Part shown: piece after piece, positions 28,183 to 37,705 of the stretch
Layout: each line of letters begins with the position of its first letter
Position numbering within the stretch: position 1 is the stretch's first letter
Source of the DNA: an uncultured bacterium
GTDB taxonomy: Bacteria; Armatimonadota; Abditibacteriia; Abditibacteriales; Abditibacteriaceae
NCBI GenBank assembly: GCA_963843795.1
Contig: CAWJLW010000006.1
Span: 992,001 to 1,056,000 of the forward strand
Reading direction: 5' to 3'
Length of the DNA stretch: 64,000 nt
Position numbers and translations under genes: made by a program
Notes under the pieces: model-generated
What the model was told of the DNA's origin: nothing
Database searches by the model: none
Seen by the model: only the letters and a program-made list of their open reading frames with translations

Positions 28183-28204
28183 TTGACAGCTCAATTCCAA
28201 AAAG

Positions 28205-28242
28205 CCAAAAGCGCTTTGCAAGTACTTGCAAAGCGCTTTTGG
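28205..28242. repeat. 38-bp perfect palindrome centred on GCAAGTACTTGC, downstream of lon
   Basis: CCAAAAGCGCTTTGCAAGT|ACTTGCAAAGCGCTTTTGG. Confidence 0.92.
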
Positions 28243-28260
28243 ACCAAATTTAATGAATTT

Positions 28261-30873
28261 TCAGCTAACTTTTTTCTTGCCGACTTTCCGCTGGCGCTGC
28301 GCTTCTTCTTCAATTAACGTTTCATCCGTCGCGATGCTTTCGATTTTCGCGACAGGATCGTTTTTATCCGGCATCGCGCGCAAGGCCAAACCAATCGCCT
28401 CGCCCAATTTATCGAGCGGATGAAAGGTGATATCGGCTTTCACTTCTTCCGATAGTTCGTCCAGATCGCGCTCATTTTCGCGCGGCAGCAAAACGTGTTT
28501 GATGCCCGCGCGATGGGCGGCCAGCACTTTTTCGCGCACGCCGCCGACCGGCAAAACGCGTCCGCGCAGCGAAATTTCGCCGGTCACTGCGACATCATTG
28601 CGCACTGCGCGCTTGGTCATTGCGGAAACCAAGGCAATTACAATGGCCACGCCCGCCGATGGGCCGTCTTTGGGCGTCGCTCCGGCGGGAACGTGAATGT
28701 GCGCGTCGTGGCTTTTCGTCCAATCGCCGTCAATGCCCAACTCTGTGGCGTGCGAGCGCGCGTAAGTCATCGCGGCCTCGCACGATTCTTTCATCACGGC
28801 GCCCAAGTTACCGGTCAGCTTCGTTTTGCCTTCGCCCTCGACCAAACTCACTTCAATCGGCAACAATTCGCCGCCAACTTCCGTCCACGCCAAACCTTGC
28901 GCTGTTCCGATTTCGTCGTCTTCGGCGCCGCGCTCATGAATGAACTTGCGTGGTCCCAAGTACTTGGGCAGTGCTTCGACTTCAACCGTAATCGGTTGCC
29001 AAGTCTCAATATCTTCCAAACTGGCGACTTCGCGCGCGATTTTTCGGCAGACGCTGCCAATTTCGCGCTCTAAATTGCGAACGCCCGCTTCGCGCGTATA
29101 ATCGTGAATTGCACCCTCGATCGCTGCGTCCGTCCACGATACTTGTTCGGGCTTTAAACCGTTTTCGCCCAACTGTTTGGGCACCAAAAAACCGCGCCCG
29201 ATGGCGGTTTTTTCGGCTTGGGTGTAGCCCGGAAAATTGATGATTTCCAAACGGTCGCGTAGCGCGGGTGCAATTGGATCGAGCATATTTCCGGTCGCAA
29301 TCCACAGCACTTCGCTCAAGTCGAATGGCACTTCCAGGTAATGATCGCTGAAAGCATTGTTTTGTTCAGGGTCGAGCGCTTCGAGAAGGGCGCTGCTCGG
29401 GTCGCCGCGCATATCGCGCCCGATTTTGTCGATTTCATCCAACAAAAAGACCGGATTTTTGGTTTTGACGCGCTTCAAACCGCTAATAATACGGCCTGGC
29501 ATCGAGCCGATATAAGTACGGCGATGGCCACGAATTTCGGCTTCGTCGTGAACGCCTCCCAGCGACAATCGCAAAAACTCGCGACCCAACGCGCGCGCGA
29601 TAGATTTTCCAATCGAAGTTTTGCCAACGCCGGGCGGCCCCATGAAACACAAAATCGGGCCTTTTCCGGACGGGTTCAGCTTGCGAACCGCTAGAAATTC
29701 CAGAATGCGATCTTTGATTTTTTCCAGACCGTAATGATCTTCATTCAGAATTTTGAGCGCGCGTTCCAAATTTAAATCGTCCTCGCTGCGCTTTTGCCAT
29801 GGCAAATCGCACATCAATTCGATATAAGTGCGGATTACCGAGAATTCGGGCGCAATTGGTGGCATCCGTTCCAATCGCTCCAGTTCCGACAACGCTTTTT
29901 CCAGCGCTTCGCCTTCAATGCCGCACTCTTCAATTTTCAGGCGGAGCTGTTCGACATCACCGCCGCCTTCGCTGCCGTTGAGCTTGTCTTGAATCGCTTT
30001 CAATCGTTCGCGCAGAAAATACTCGCGCTGACTTTCATTTACGCCATCGCGTACCTGCGAATCGAGTTCACGGTCGATTTCTAAGATTTGTAGCTCGTGC
30101 GCCAACATTCCGGCCACCAGACGCGCGCGTTCGAGCGGATCATTAGCCTCCAAGACCTGTTGGCGCGCGTCGCTGGGCACTTCCAAAAACGAAACTACCA
30201 GATCGGCCAACGGGCCCAGCTCTTCGAGGTTCAGCGCGTTGTGCATCGCTTCGGGCGGCACGCTTTTCGACATCGTCACGACTTGCTCGAAACCTTCTTT
30301 TAAACGCCGCAATAAAGCTTCACTTTCGGGTGTTTCAATGGAGGGAACTTCTTCGATAGCTTCGATTTCGGCGACAAAAAATGGAGCTTCGCTGAGCCAA
30401 TCGACCGCGCGCACACGCCCCTGACTTTCGATGACTACGCGCAAATTGCCATCGGGCATTTTCATCATCTGCGCGACTTCGGCTAAGACGCCGATTTCAT
30501 ATAAATCGCTGCGATTGGGATCTTCTTTTTCTTCGTCGCGCTGCGAAACCAGCAAAACCATTTTATCGGTCTCGCTGGCTTTGGCGATGGCTTCAATACT
30601 TTTTTCGCGTCCGATAAAGAGCGGTAACACCATGCCGGGAAAGGCGACCATGCCACGCATTGGCACGGCGGGCACGATCAGTGTCGGCTTGCGCCTTGAG
30701 GCGCGTTTGCGCGCCGGAGGTTTGGTCGCACTTTTTGTTGAACTCTTGGTCGCATTTTTCGCGTTCGTCGCGCTTTTGGTAGAAGACTTTGACGCGGCTT
30801 TTTTCGGCGCCCGCTCTTTGGTTTCAGTTTTCTTTTCGTCAGTTTTGGTTGAGTTTGATTTCGATTGTGTCAT
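28261..30873 (-). CDS. lon: ATP-dependent protease Lon
   Basis: Lon N-domain, GPPGVGKTS, FLLDEIDK, PKDGPSAG (catalytic Ser), GGVREKVLAAHRAG. Confidence 0.98.
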   Translation of the reverse strand: MTQSKSNSTKTDEKKTETKERAPKKAASKSSTKSATNAKNATKSSTKSATKPPARKRASRRKPTLIVPAVPMRGMVAFPGMVLPLFIGREKSIEAIAKASETDKMVLLVSQRDEEKEDPNRSDLYEIGVLAEVAQMMKMPDGNLRVVIESQGRVRAVDWLSEAPFFVAEIEAIEEVPSIETPESEALLRRLKEGFEQVVTMSKSVPPEAMHNALNLEELGPLADLVVSFLEVPSDARQQVLEANDPLERARLVAGMLAHELQILEIDRELDSQVRDGVNESQREYFLRERLKAIQDKLNGSEGGGDVEQLRLKIEECGIEGEALEKALSELERLERMPPIAPEFSVIRTYIELMCDLPWQKRSEDDLNLERALKILNEDHYGLEKIKDRILEFLAVRKLNPSGKGPILCFMGPPGVGKTSIGKSIARALGREFLRLSLGGVHDEAEIRGHRRTYIGSMPGRIISGLKRVKTKNPVFLLDEIDKIGRDMRGDPSSALLEALDPEQNNAFSDHYLEVPFDLSEVLWIATGNMLDPIAPALRDRLEIINFPGYTQAEKTAIGRGFLVPKQLGENGLKPEQVSWTDAAIEGAIHDYTREAGVRNLEREIGSVCRKIAREVASLEDIETWQPITVEVEALPKYLGPRKFIHERGAEDDEIGTAQGLAWTEVGGELLPIEVSLVEGEGKTKLTGNLGAVMKESCEAAMTYARSHATELGIDGDWTKSHDAHIHVPAGATPKDGPSAGVAIVIALVSAMTKRAVRNDVAVTGEISLRGRVLPVGGVREKVLAAHRAGIKHVLLPRENERDLDELSEEVKADITFHPLDKLGEAIGLALRAMPDKNDPVAKIESIATDETLIEEEAQRQRKVGKKKVS

Positions 30874-31005
30874 GAACAAACTATTTTAACAAAGCCGCGT
30901 GGAAATTATTTCAGTTTCGCCCGCAGCTGCACACATTTCGTAGGGCGCAGAGGGTTTTGGGAAGAATTGAGTCTTCGCAAGTACTTGCAGAAACCTCAAA
31001 ACACA

Positions 31006-31039
31006 AAAGCTGCCCTGCAAGTACTTGCAGGGCAGCTTT
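31006..31039. repeat. 34-bp perfect palindrome centred on GCAAGTACTTGC, downstream of clpX (a second bare copy lies at 30977)
   Basis: AAAGCTGCCCTGCAAGT|ACTTGCAGGGCAGCTTT. Confidence 0.9.
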
Positions 31040-31056
31040 CGGTGAACGCAACCAGT

Positions 31057-32409
31057 TTACGCGGCTTCTTTGGCTTCAATTTCTTCGCCGTCCGCGAGTT
31101 CGGCATTGTTGTCTTTGCCTTCGTTGCGGGCGCGGGTTTCGCGCAGTAATTGCTCGCGCGTGACTAAGGTTGGCTCGCTTTTATCGCGAATCGTTTCTTC
31201 GGTAATCAGGCACTGCGCGACGCCTTTCATTGAAGGCACTTCGTACATAACGTTGTTCATCGTGCCTTCCAAAATCGAGCGCAGGCCGCGGGCACCTGTG
31301 CGGCGTTTCATCGCTTCGTGCGCAATCAATTTCAACGAGCCATCAGTGAATTTCAAATCAACGCCATCGGCGCTCATCATTTTCTGATACTGCTTGGTCA
31401 GCGCATTGCGTGGCTGCGTCAGAATCGAAATCATGGTTTCTTCGTCTAGCGGCTCCAGAGTCGCCACAACCGGCAAACGTCCGATGAATTCGGGAATGAA
31501 ACCGTGTTTCACCAGATCGTCTGGCTCGACTTCGGATAACAGCCGCGTCCGTTCGTCGATGTTGGTAATTTTCGAAGTCGGCGTCGATAAAAAGCCCATC
31601 GTGCTCTGGCGCGTGCGTCGTTCGATGATTTTGTCCAAACCTTCAAAAGAACCGCCGCAAATGAACAGCACGCCGGTCGTATCCAGTTGCACATATTCCG
31701 CGTTGGGATGTTTGCGCCCGCCTTGCGGCGGCACGCTGGCAATTGTACCTTCCAAGATTTTCAGTAACGCTTGTTGCACGCCTTCGCCCGAAACGTCGCG
31801 CGTGAGAGAGGGATTGTCGCTTTTGCGGGTGATTTTGTCGATTTCGTCGATATAAATGATGCCGCGACCGGCAGCTTCTGGATCTCCATCGGCGGCCTGC
31901 AACAATTTCAGCAAAATGTTTTCGACATCTTCGCCAACGTAACCGGCTTCGGTAAGTGAAGTCGCATCGGCGACGGCAAAGGGCACATTGATGATGCGCG
32001 CGAGAGTTTTGGCCAAAAGCGTTTTGCCGCTACCGGTCGGGCCGATGAGCAGGATATTGCTTTTTTCCAGTTCCACATCGTCGTAACCGTTGGCGTCTTG
32101 CAGCGCGATGCGTTTGTAGTGGTTGTAAACCGCGACCGAAAGCACGCGCTTGGCCTGATTTTGTCCGATGACGTAATCTTCCAAAACGTCGTAGATTTCG
32201 CGCGGCTTGGGCAAGGCGCGCATTTTCGTCGCTTGTTCCAATTCCGAACCGCGCGGGCGGCTTTCTTTGCCGATGATGTCGTTGCACAAATCGACGCACT
32301 CGACACAAATATAAACGCCCGGCCCGGCGATGAGATTGGCGACCTGTTCGCGGCGCTTGCCACAAAACGAACAACGCAAATTCTCATTTTCTTCTCCAAA
32401 CATCGCCAC
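31057..32409 (-). CDS. clpX: ATP-dependent Clp protease ATP-binding subunit ClpX
   Basis: CSFCGK zinc finger, [33 protein letters not shown] loop, TGARGLR. Confidence 0.98.
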   Translation of the reverse strand: MAMFGEENENLRCSFCGKRREQVANLIAGPGVYICVECVDLCNDIIGKESRPRGSELEQATKMRALPKPREIYDVLEDYVIGQNQAKRVLSVAVYNHYKRIALQDANGYDDVELEKSNILLIGPTGSGKTLLAKTLARIINVPFAVADATSLTEAGYVGEDVENILLKLLQAADGDPEAAGRGIIYIDEIDKITRKSDNPSLTRDVSGEGVQQALLKILEGTIASVPPQGGRKHPNAEYVQLDTTGVLFICGGSFEGLDKIIERRTRQSTMGFLSTPTSKITNIDERTRLLSEVEPDDLVKHGFIPEFIGRLPVVATLEPLDEETMISILTQPRNALTKQYQKMMSADGVDLKFTDGSLKLIAHEAMKRRTGARGLRSILEGTMNNVMYEVPSMKGVAQCLITEETIRDKSEPTLVTREQLLRETRARNEGKDNNAELADGEEIEAKEAA

Positions 32410-32683
32410 AGCAATTCTCCCTCAATGCCAAATTTACTGATTTCTCGCAGATTGTTTCCGCTAAAAGCATAGCAAATACGAACAATTACGCGCCGCGTTC
32501 GCATTGACTAAAGCCCAGCAAGCACCTGCGGGAGGTTTGAGGTTCGAAATGATAAAGAAGTGGGTATGTATCTTTTGAGCAACGTGCCGAAATACGTTTT
32601 GCGAATGGCGCGCGCTGCAAGTACTTGCAGAGGGTTTTTGCGGGGATTTTGCCGACAAACCTTGCAATTTTTGCATCATGATT

Positions 32684-32692
32684 TGCTATAAT
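32684..32692 (+). promoter_or_regulatory. Extended -10 element upstream of the prepilin-like gene
   Basis: TGCTATAAT about 50 nt upstream of AGGAG-n5-ATG (32741). Confidence 0.5.
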
Positions 32693-32740
32693 TGTGGCAG
32701 TTATTAGCAGGTTGTTGAGGATTTGGAAATAGGAGAATTT

Positions 32741-33484
32741 ATGTCAATGGAAGGAAAGAATGTTATCAAGCGCAACCGAGTACGCGGTTTTACGCTGATC
32801 GAACTGCTCGTCGTTATCGCCATTATCGCGATTTTGGCGGCGATTTTGTTTCCGGTTTTTGCCCGCGCCCGTGAAAACGCGCGTCGTGCGAGCTGCCAGA
32901 GCAACCTGAAGCAGATCGGCTTGGCCGTCATGCAATATTCGCAGGATTACGACGAACTGTATCCTTATGCACCCTGGGGCGGTGGCAACGCGGGTACTCG
33001 CGCCTTGGGTCTGCTGACGGAACCCTATCACAAAAGCTCGCAGTTGTGGCGTTGTCCCAGCGATAGCCAGAGCAGCGGCGCCGTGTGGACGCCCAACAGT
33101 GTCCCTGCAGGCAGATACCCGTATCAAAACGTCAGCTACGGTTACAATATCTGGTATTTCAGTGGCCCGTTGAACAACAACAATCCGGTATCTCTGGCTA
33201 AGCCGCAGAATGCCGCCCAATTGGGTTTGGTTATGGGATCATGGGGAGACAACGCTTTCATTATCGACAATGTGGACACGCAAGACTATGCGCCCCCTGC
33301 CCGTATTGAAGGTTCCTTGCAAAGCCCTAATTCTAACGTTCGGGAAGGTCACTTGGGCGGAGGCAACTTCTTGTATGCCGATGGTCACGTTAAATGGGTT
33401 AAGTCGCAGAACTTAATGCTAGAGTTACAGAAAAGCCGTGTCGCGCAGCCAGCGGGGACGACCACCCTGTTCCGCGAATTTTAA
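32741..33484 (+). CDS. Prepilin-type N-terminal cleavage/methylation protein (DUF1559, H-X9-DG C-terminus)
   Basis: [45 protein letters not shown]...CPSD...[15 protein letters not shown]. Confidence 0.93.
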   Translation: MSMEGKNVIKRNRVRGFTLIELLVVIAIIAILAAILFPVFARARENARRASCQSNLKQIGLAVMQYSQDYDELYPYAPWGGGNAGTRALGLLTEPYHKSSQLWRCPSDSQSSGAVWTPNSVPAGRYPYQNVSYGYNIWYFSGPLNNNNPVSLAKPQNAAQLGLVMGSWGDNAFIIDNVDTQDYAPPARIEGSLQSPNSNVREGHLGGGNFLYADGHVKWVKSQNLMLELQKSRVAQPAGTTTLFREF

Positions 33485-33522
33485 TCGCTGCTCAGGCCAA
33501 AGCTGCAGCGACGATAAAACCC

Positions 33523-33557
33523 AAACGGAGAGATGGCGCATGTCATCTCTCCGTTTT
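33523..33557 (+). terminator. Stem-loop with T tail after the prepilin-like gene
   Basis: AAACGGAGAGATGGC-GCAT-GTCATCTCTCCGTTTT. Confidence 0.7.
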
Positions 33558-33606
33558 CGCGTCAGGATTCAATCGTTGGAATCGGTTTCGCCTAAACTGT
33601 TCTCGT

Positions 33607-35466
33607 ATGAAACGTTCTGCCTTTTTTATTGCGCTGGGTTTCGCGGTGCTCGCTGGCTGCGGTGCGCCCAACAGTTCGCCAGAAATTACGAACGATACCC
33701 CACTGAACGCCAACGCGGTCGAAACGCAACTAAATAGCGAATCTTCAGATGTTTCTTTTACCGACATTACACAGAAAGCCGGTATCGGTTTCACGCATAT
33801 CAACGGTGCTTTTGGCGAGCGCATGATGCCCGAAAGCGTGGGCAGTGGAGCGGCGTTTCTCGATTTCGATGGCGACGGGTATCAGGATATTTTTCTGGTC
33901 AATAGTCGCGATTGGACGCGCGAGGAAATCGAAGCTTATAAAAAAGGTAACAATCGCAAGCGCGCCGCTTTGCTGCCCAAAATACTGCCTCAGCGTCGCG
34001 CGATTGGCGCGCTTTATCGCAACAATCGCGATGGCACTTTCACAGACATAACGCGCGGCAGCGGCTTGGATATGGAAATGTTCGGCATGGGCGCAGCGGT
34101 TGGCGATTACGATAACGATGGGCGCGTCGATTTGTATGTTACCGGCTTGAATCGCAGCTACCTGTTTCAAAACCAAAGTTCGGGAGGCGTGGCGCGTTTT
34201 CGCGAGGTTTCAGAGCAAGCTGGTGTGCGCAATAACGGCTGGGGCACTTCGGCGTGCTGGTTCGACTATGATAAAGATGGCAAGCTCGATTTGTTTGTGT
34301 GCCACTACATTGAATGGAAGCCAGCGATTGACGTGTATGCGTCGCGCGATGGCAAAGTGAAATCCTACACCGGGCCGTTATCTTACAAGGCCGAGTCGTG
34401 TCGTTTGTTTCGTAATGTGGGAAATGGACGCTTTCAAGATGTTTCACAGAGCGCGGGCATTAGTCAAACCCTCGACAAAGCTGCGCGCCCGCTGCGTGGT
34501 GGTTCGTTGGGTGTGGCCGTATGCGATTACGACGAAGATGGCTGGCCCGATTTGATCGTAACTAACGATCAGCGACCCAACTTTTTATTCCATAATCGCG
34601 CGGGCAAAGCTTTCGACGAGGTGGCAGTTGAAACTGGCATCGCTTATAGCGAAAGCGGACAGGCGCGGGCGGGAATGGGCGTCGATACCGGCGACATTGA
34701 TGGCAGCGGGCGCACCAACGTTTTAATCGGCAATTATTCGGATGAAATGCTCGGTCTTGTATCAATATCAGAACGGAGTTTTTACCGATACCGCGCCGCG
34801 TTCTTCGGTCGGTCGCGCAAGCCTGAAATTTCTCACTTTCGGTTGCGATTTGCTCGATGTCAACAACGACGGCTGGCTCGATATTTTCGCCGTCAACGGT
34901 CACGTCGATGACGATGAGCGTAATCTCAAAAGCAGCGGCGCAACTTATCGCCAGCGACCTTTGCTGCTGGAAAACGAAGGCGAAGGCCGTTTTCGCGATA
35001 TCGGCGCGCAAAGCGGCGCCGCGATGAGCAAGCCGATCGTCGGGCGCGGCCTGGCCTATGCGGATATGGATTTGGACGGCGATTTGGATGTGCTGATAAC
35101 GGTGAATTCCGGTGCGCCGTTGTTACTGCGCAACGACAGCACGGATGTTAATGGGTCAATTCGCTTGCACCTGCGCGGCGAAAAAAGCAATCGCGATGGA
35201 TTAGGCGCGCGCGTTATCGCGCAGATTGGGACGCAAAAGTTCGTGCGCTGGGTGCGCAGCGGCTCCAGCTATCTTTCGGCCAACGAACTGCCGCTCACGC
35301 TGGGATTGGGCAAAAATGGTAGCGCCGACTATTAATGTCGAATGGCCATCGGGCGCAAAAACTCAATTGAAAGAATGTAGAAGCCAATCAAGTACTTGAG
35401 GTGTCGGAAAGTCAAGGCATCACGAAGCGGCAGCCGTTAGCAATTGTCGCAACTCACAAACAATAA
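33607..35466 (+). CDS. CRTAC1/FG-GAP-repeat lipoprotein with ASPIC/UnbV C-terminus, broken by three apparent +1 frameshifts
   Basis: Lipobox LAGC and DFDGDGYQDIF/GDYDNDGRVDLY repeats. Continues in ORF 34742-35335, then INVEWPSG and NVEANQVLEVSESQG...HKQ* in successive frames (shifts near 34755, 35326, 35372). Confidence 0.8.
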
Positions 35467-35481
35467 AGGTTTGTCACGATT

Positions 35482-36771
35482 ATGGCGCGCGCGCATCACA
35501 AAATTCAATCTACTGTTGGCGAGCGAAACGCGAACTCACCTTTTACCAGCCAGCGTGGCAAGCTGTCTCTATTGTTGCTGGTACTGCTAATTTTGAGCGG
35601 GCTGGCGGTGTGGCTTAACGCCGATGCGCTGCGGCGCTGGCAATATGAAAAAATGCCCACCGCACAGTTGATCGAACAGGCGCGCGCGCAAACGCAAAAC
35701 GCGATTTTGGCTCAGGTCGCCGGTCGGCGTTGTCTACAAGAAAATACGCCCGAAAAGGCCACCGAGTTTCTTGATTCCGCTTTGAAAGCACATCCCCAGA
35801 ATGCCGAATTGAACTTGCTGGCTGGTCGCGTGGCGTGGTTGACTGGTGACCCGCAGCGAGCGGGCACTTTATTGAACACGGCTTTGCAAGCCGACCCGAC
35901 AAATCCCGAAAACCTTTATTGGACGGGCGAACTATTGATTGATCGCGGTCGCAAAACCGAAGCGTTTTCTCTGTGGCACGACGCCATTCGACTCGACCCG
36001 ACGCGTGGCGATATTTGGACGCGCATTGGTCAAATTCAACTCGAAAGTCAAGAATTTCAATCGTCTCTCCAAGCTCTGGACGAAGCCGAAAAGGTTTCGC
36101 CCACTGCGACAGTTGCGCGCTTGCGTGCCGCAACGCTGTTGGAAATGGATCGCGCCGACGAAGCCGAGAAAGCCGCGCGTTTGGCCGTGCAGCGCCAGCC
36201 GAATGCGGCCAGTTATCGTTTGCTAGGCCAAATTATTCAACAAACTGGCGATCAAAATCGGTTGCGCGAAGCTCAAAATAATTTCCAGCGTGCCCTGAAG
36301 GACGAGCCGCACGACGTGGAAACGCTCAGGCTTTTGGCACTCAATTATCGCGCGTTGGGCGAACACGCACAGGCGGTAAAAGTTTTGCGGACATTGTTGC
36401 ACGAAACTCCGGCTTTGACTGAAGGCTACTTGTTGTTGGGACAGTCGTATCAAGCTTTGGGCGACTCCGAACGTGCTGCTCAAGTGCTGCGCATTTTTCG
36501 CCAGTTGCAACCGTTGCAAGAGAAAGTGAATCGCGCCCGCCAGCGCGTTTCGATAGAACACGGCACGCTGGCATCCGAACTGAATTACGCGCGTGCGCTG
36601 TTGGCTCTGGGCCGCATTGATCTGGCGCGCGAGGTTTTGGAGCGCGCTTGGTCGAAAGCGCCACACAACGCCAAAATTCGGGAGTTGGCGAATCAGGCTC
36701 AGGAACCACCGCCGTCAATCCCCGCTTTGCCGTCCGACCCTTCGGCTGAAAAAGGTAAAGCTGGTAATTGA
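35482..36771 (+). CDS. Membrane-anchored tetratricopeptide repeat protein
   Basis: N-terminal TM (LSLLLLVLLILSGLAVWL) and multiple TPR-like helical repeats. Confidence 0.85.
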   Translation: MARAHHKIQSTVGERNANSPFTSQRGKLSLLLLVLLILSGLAVWLNADALRRWQYEKMPTAQLIEQARAQTQNAILAQVAGRRCLQENTPEKATEFLDSALKAHPQNAELNLLAGRVAWLTGDPQRAGTLLNTALQADPTNPENLYWTGELLIDRGRKTEAFSLWHDAIRLDPTRGDIWTRIGQIQLESQEFQSSLQALDEAEKVSPTATVARLRAATLLEMDRADEAEKAARLAVQRQPNAASYRLLGQIIQQTGDQNRLREAQNNFQRALKDEPHDVETLRLLALNYRALGEHAQAVKVLRTLLHETPALTEGYLLLGQSYQALGDSERAAQVLRIFRQLQPLQEKVNRARQRVSIEHGTLASELNYARALLALGRIDLAREVLERAWSKAPHNAKIRELANQAQEPPPSIPALPSDPSAEKGKAGN

Positions 36772-36799
36772 AATTCAAGTTTCAGCTTGAAGCAATACG

Positions 36800-36835
36800 A
36801 AAACGCGCACAGCAAGTACTTGCTGTGCGCGTTTT
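36800..36835. repeat. 36-bp perfect palindrome centred on GCAAGTACTTGC between convergent genes
   Basis: AAAACGCGCACAGCAAGT|ACTTGCTGTGCGCGTTTT. Confidence 0.9.
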
Positions 36836-36847
36836 TCGATTATCAGT

Positions 36848-37648
36848 TTATGATTGCGAGCTTTGAGCACGGGCTTCGCGCGCTGTTGTTTTACGCTCGT
36901 TCCATGGAAACCGTCGGTTGGAATCGCCGTGTTGCGGTGGTGTGCCAAAACCCAAAATATAAGCGCGGCGCGGAATATCGGAATGATTCGGGCCAGCATA
37001 ATGTAGTGTGCGGTTGAGATGAAAAGTCGCGCCTCCTGCGGGTAGCGGGCAGGCAACGGCGCGCGACGGGTCGATTGGTTCGACGGTTTCCAGACCGTGA
37101 ACGCGCGGATCGTTGCCGATGGGTTGATGTTCGACGATGGCGCTTTTGTGGCTTCCGGGCACGAACTGCAAACAGCCATTTTTTAAGGTCGCTTCTTGCA
37201 ACGGCATCCAAACGCTGAGGGCGTTGTATCGGAATTGCGGATTCCAATAGGCTTCGTCTTGATGCCAAGGCGTCGGCGCGCCGTAATGAGCGGGCTTAAA
37301 AATCGCATGCTCGCCCTGACTTGTCGCGTTCTCGCCCAATAATTGTCGCGCGATGTGAAGCGCGTTGGCGCGATATTGCGTGTGCAAAAGTTCGGGCGCG
37401 TATTTGGCTGGATTGAGAATCTGCGGCAAGACCGCGCGCTCGCCTTCTTCATCGCTGCCGCCCAAATCGAACTGATCGCCGTTGCCGCGACCGGCGCGTT
37501 GCGCGAACAAACCGTCGTAAATCTCGCGCAACTTTTCGATTTCTTCGGGTGTTGTAATGGCTTCAATCGCCAAAAAACCGTTGTGATGAAAAAACTCGAT
37601 TTGTTCGGATGAAACGGAAATCGTCGGTTGGAAAATTTCTGTGGTCAT
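36848..37648 (-). CDS. Phytanoyl-CoA dioxygenase (PhyH) family Fe(II)/2-OG oxygenase
   Basis: TPWHQDEAYW, NGCLQFVPGSH, LHYAGPN...RRA. Confidence 0.9.
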   Translation of the reverse strand: MTTEIFQPTISVSSEQIEFFHHNGFLAIEAITTPEEIEKLREIYDGLFAQRAGRGNGDQFDLGGSDEEGERAVLPQILNPAKYAPELLHTQYRANALHIARQLLGENATSQGEHAIFKPAHYGAPTPWHQDEAYWNPQFRYNALSVWMPLQEATLKNGCLQFVPGSHKSAIVEHQPIGNDPRVHGLETVEPIDPSRAVACPLPAGGATFHLNRTLHYAGPNHSDIPRRAYILGFGTPPQHGDSNRRFPWNERKTTAREARAQSSQS

Positions 37649-37705
37649 AAAGGAATTGTCTCACGAAAAGTGTGCTGCAAGTACTTGCAGCGGTGCAGTG
37701 GAATC

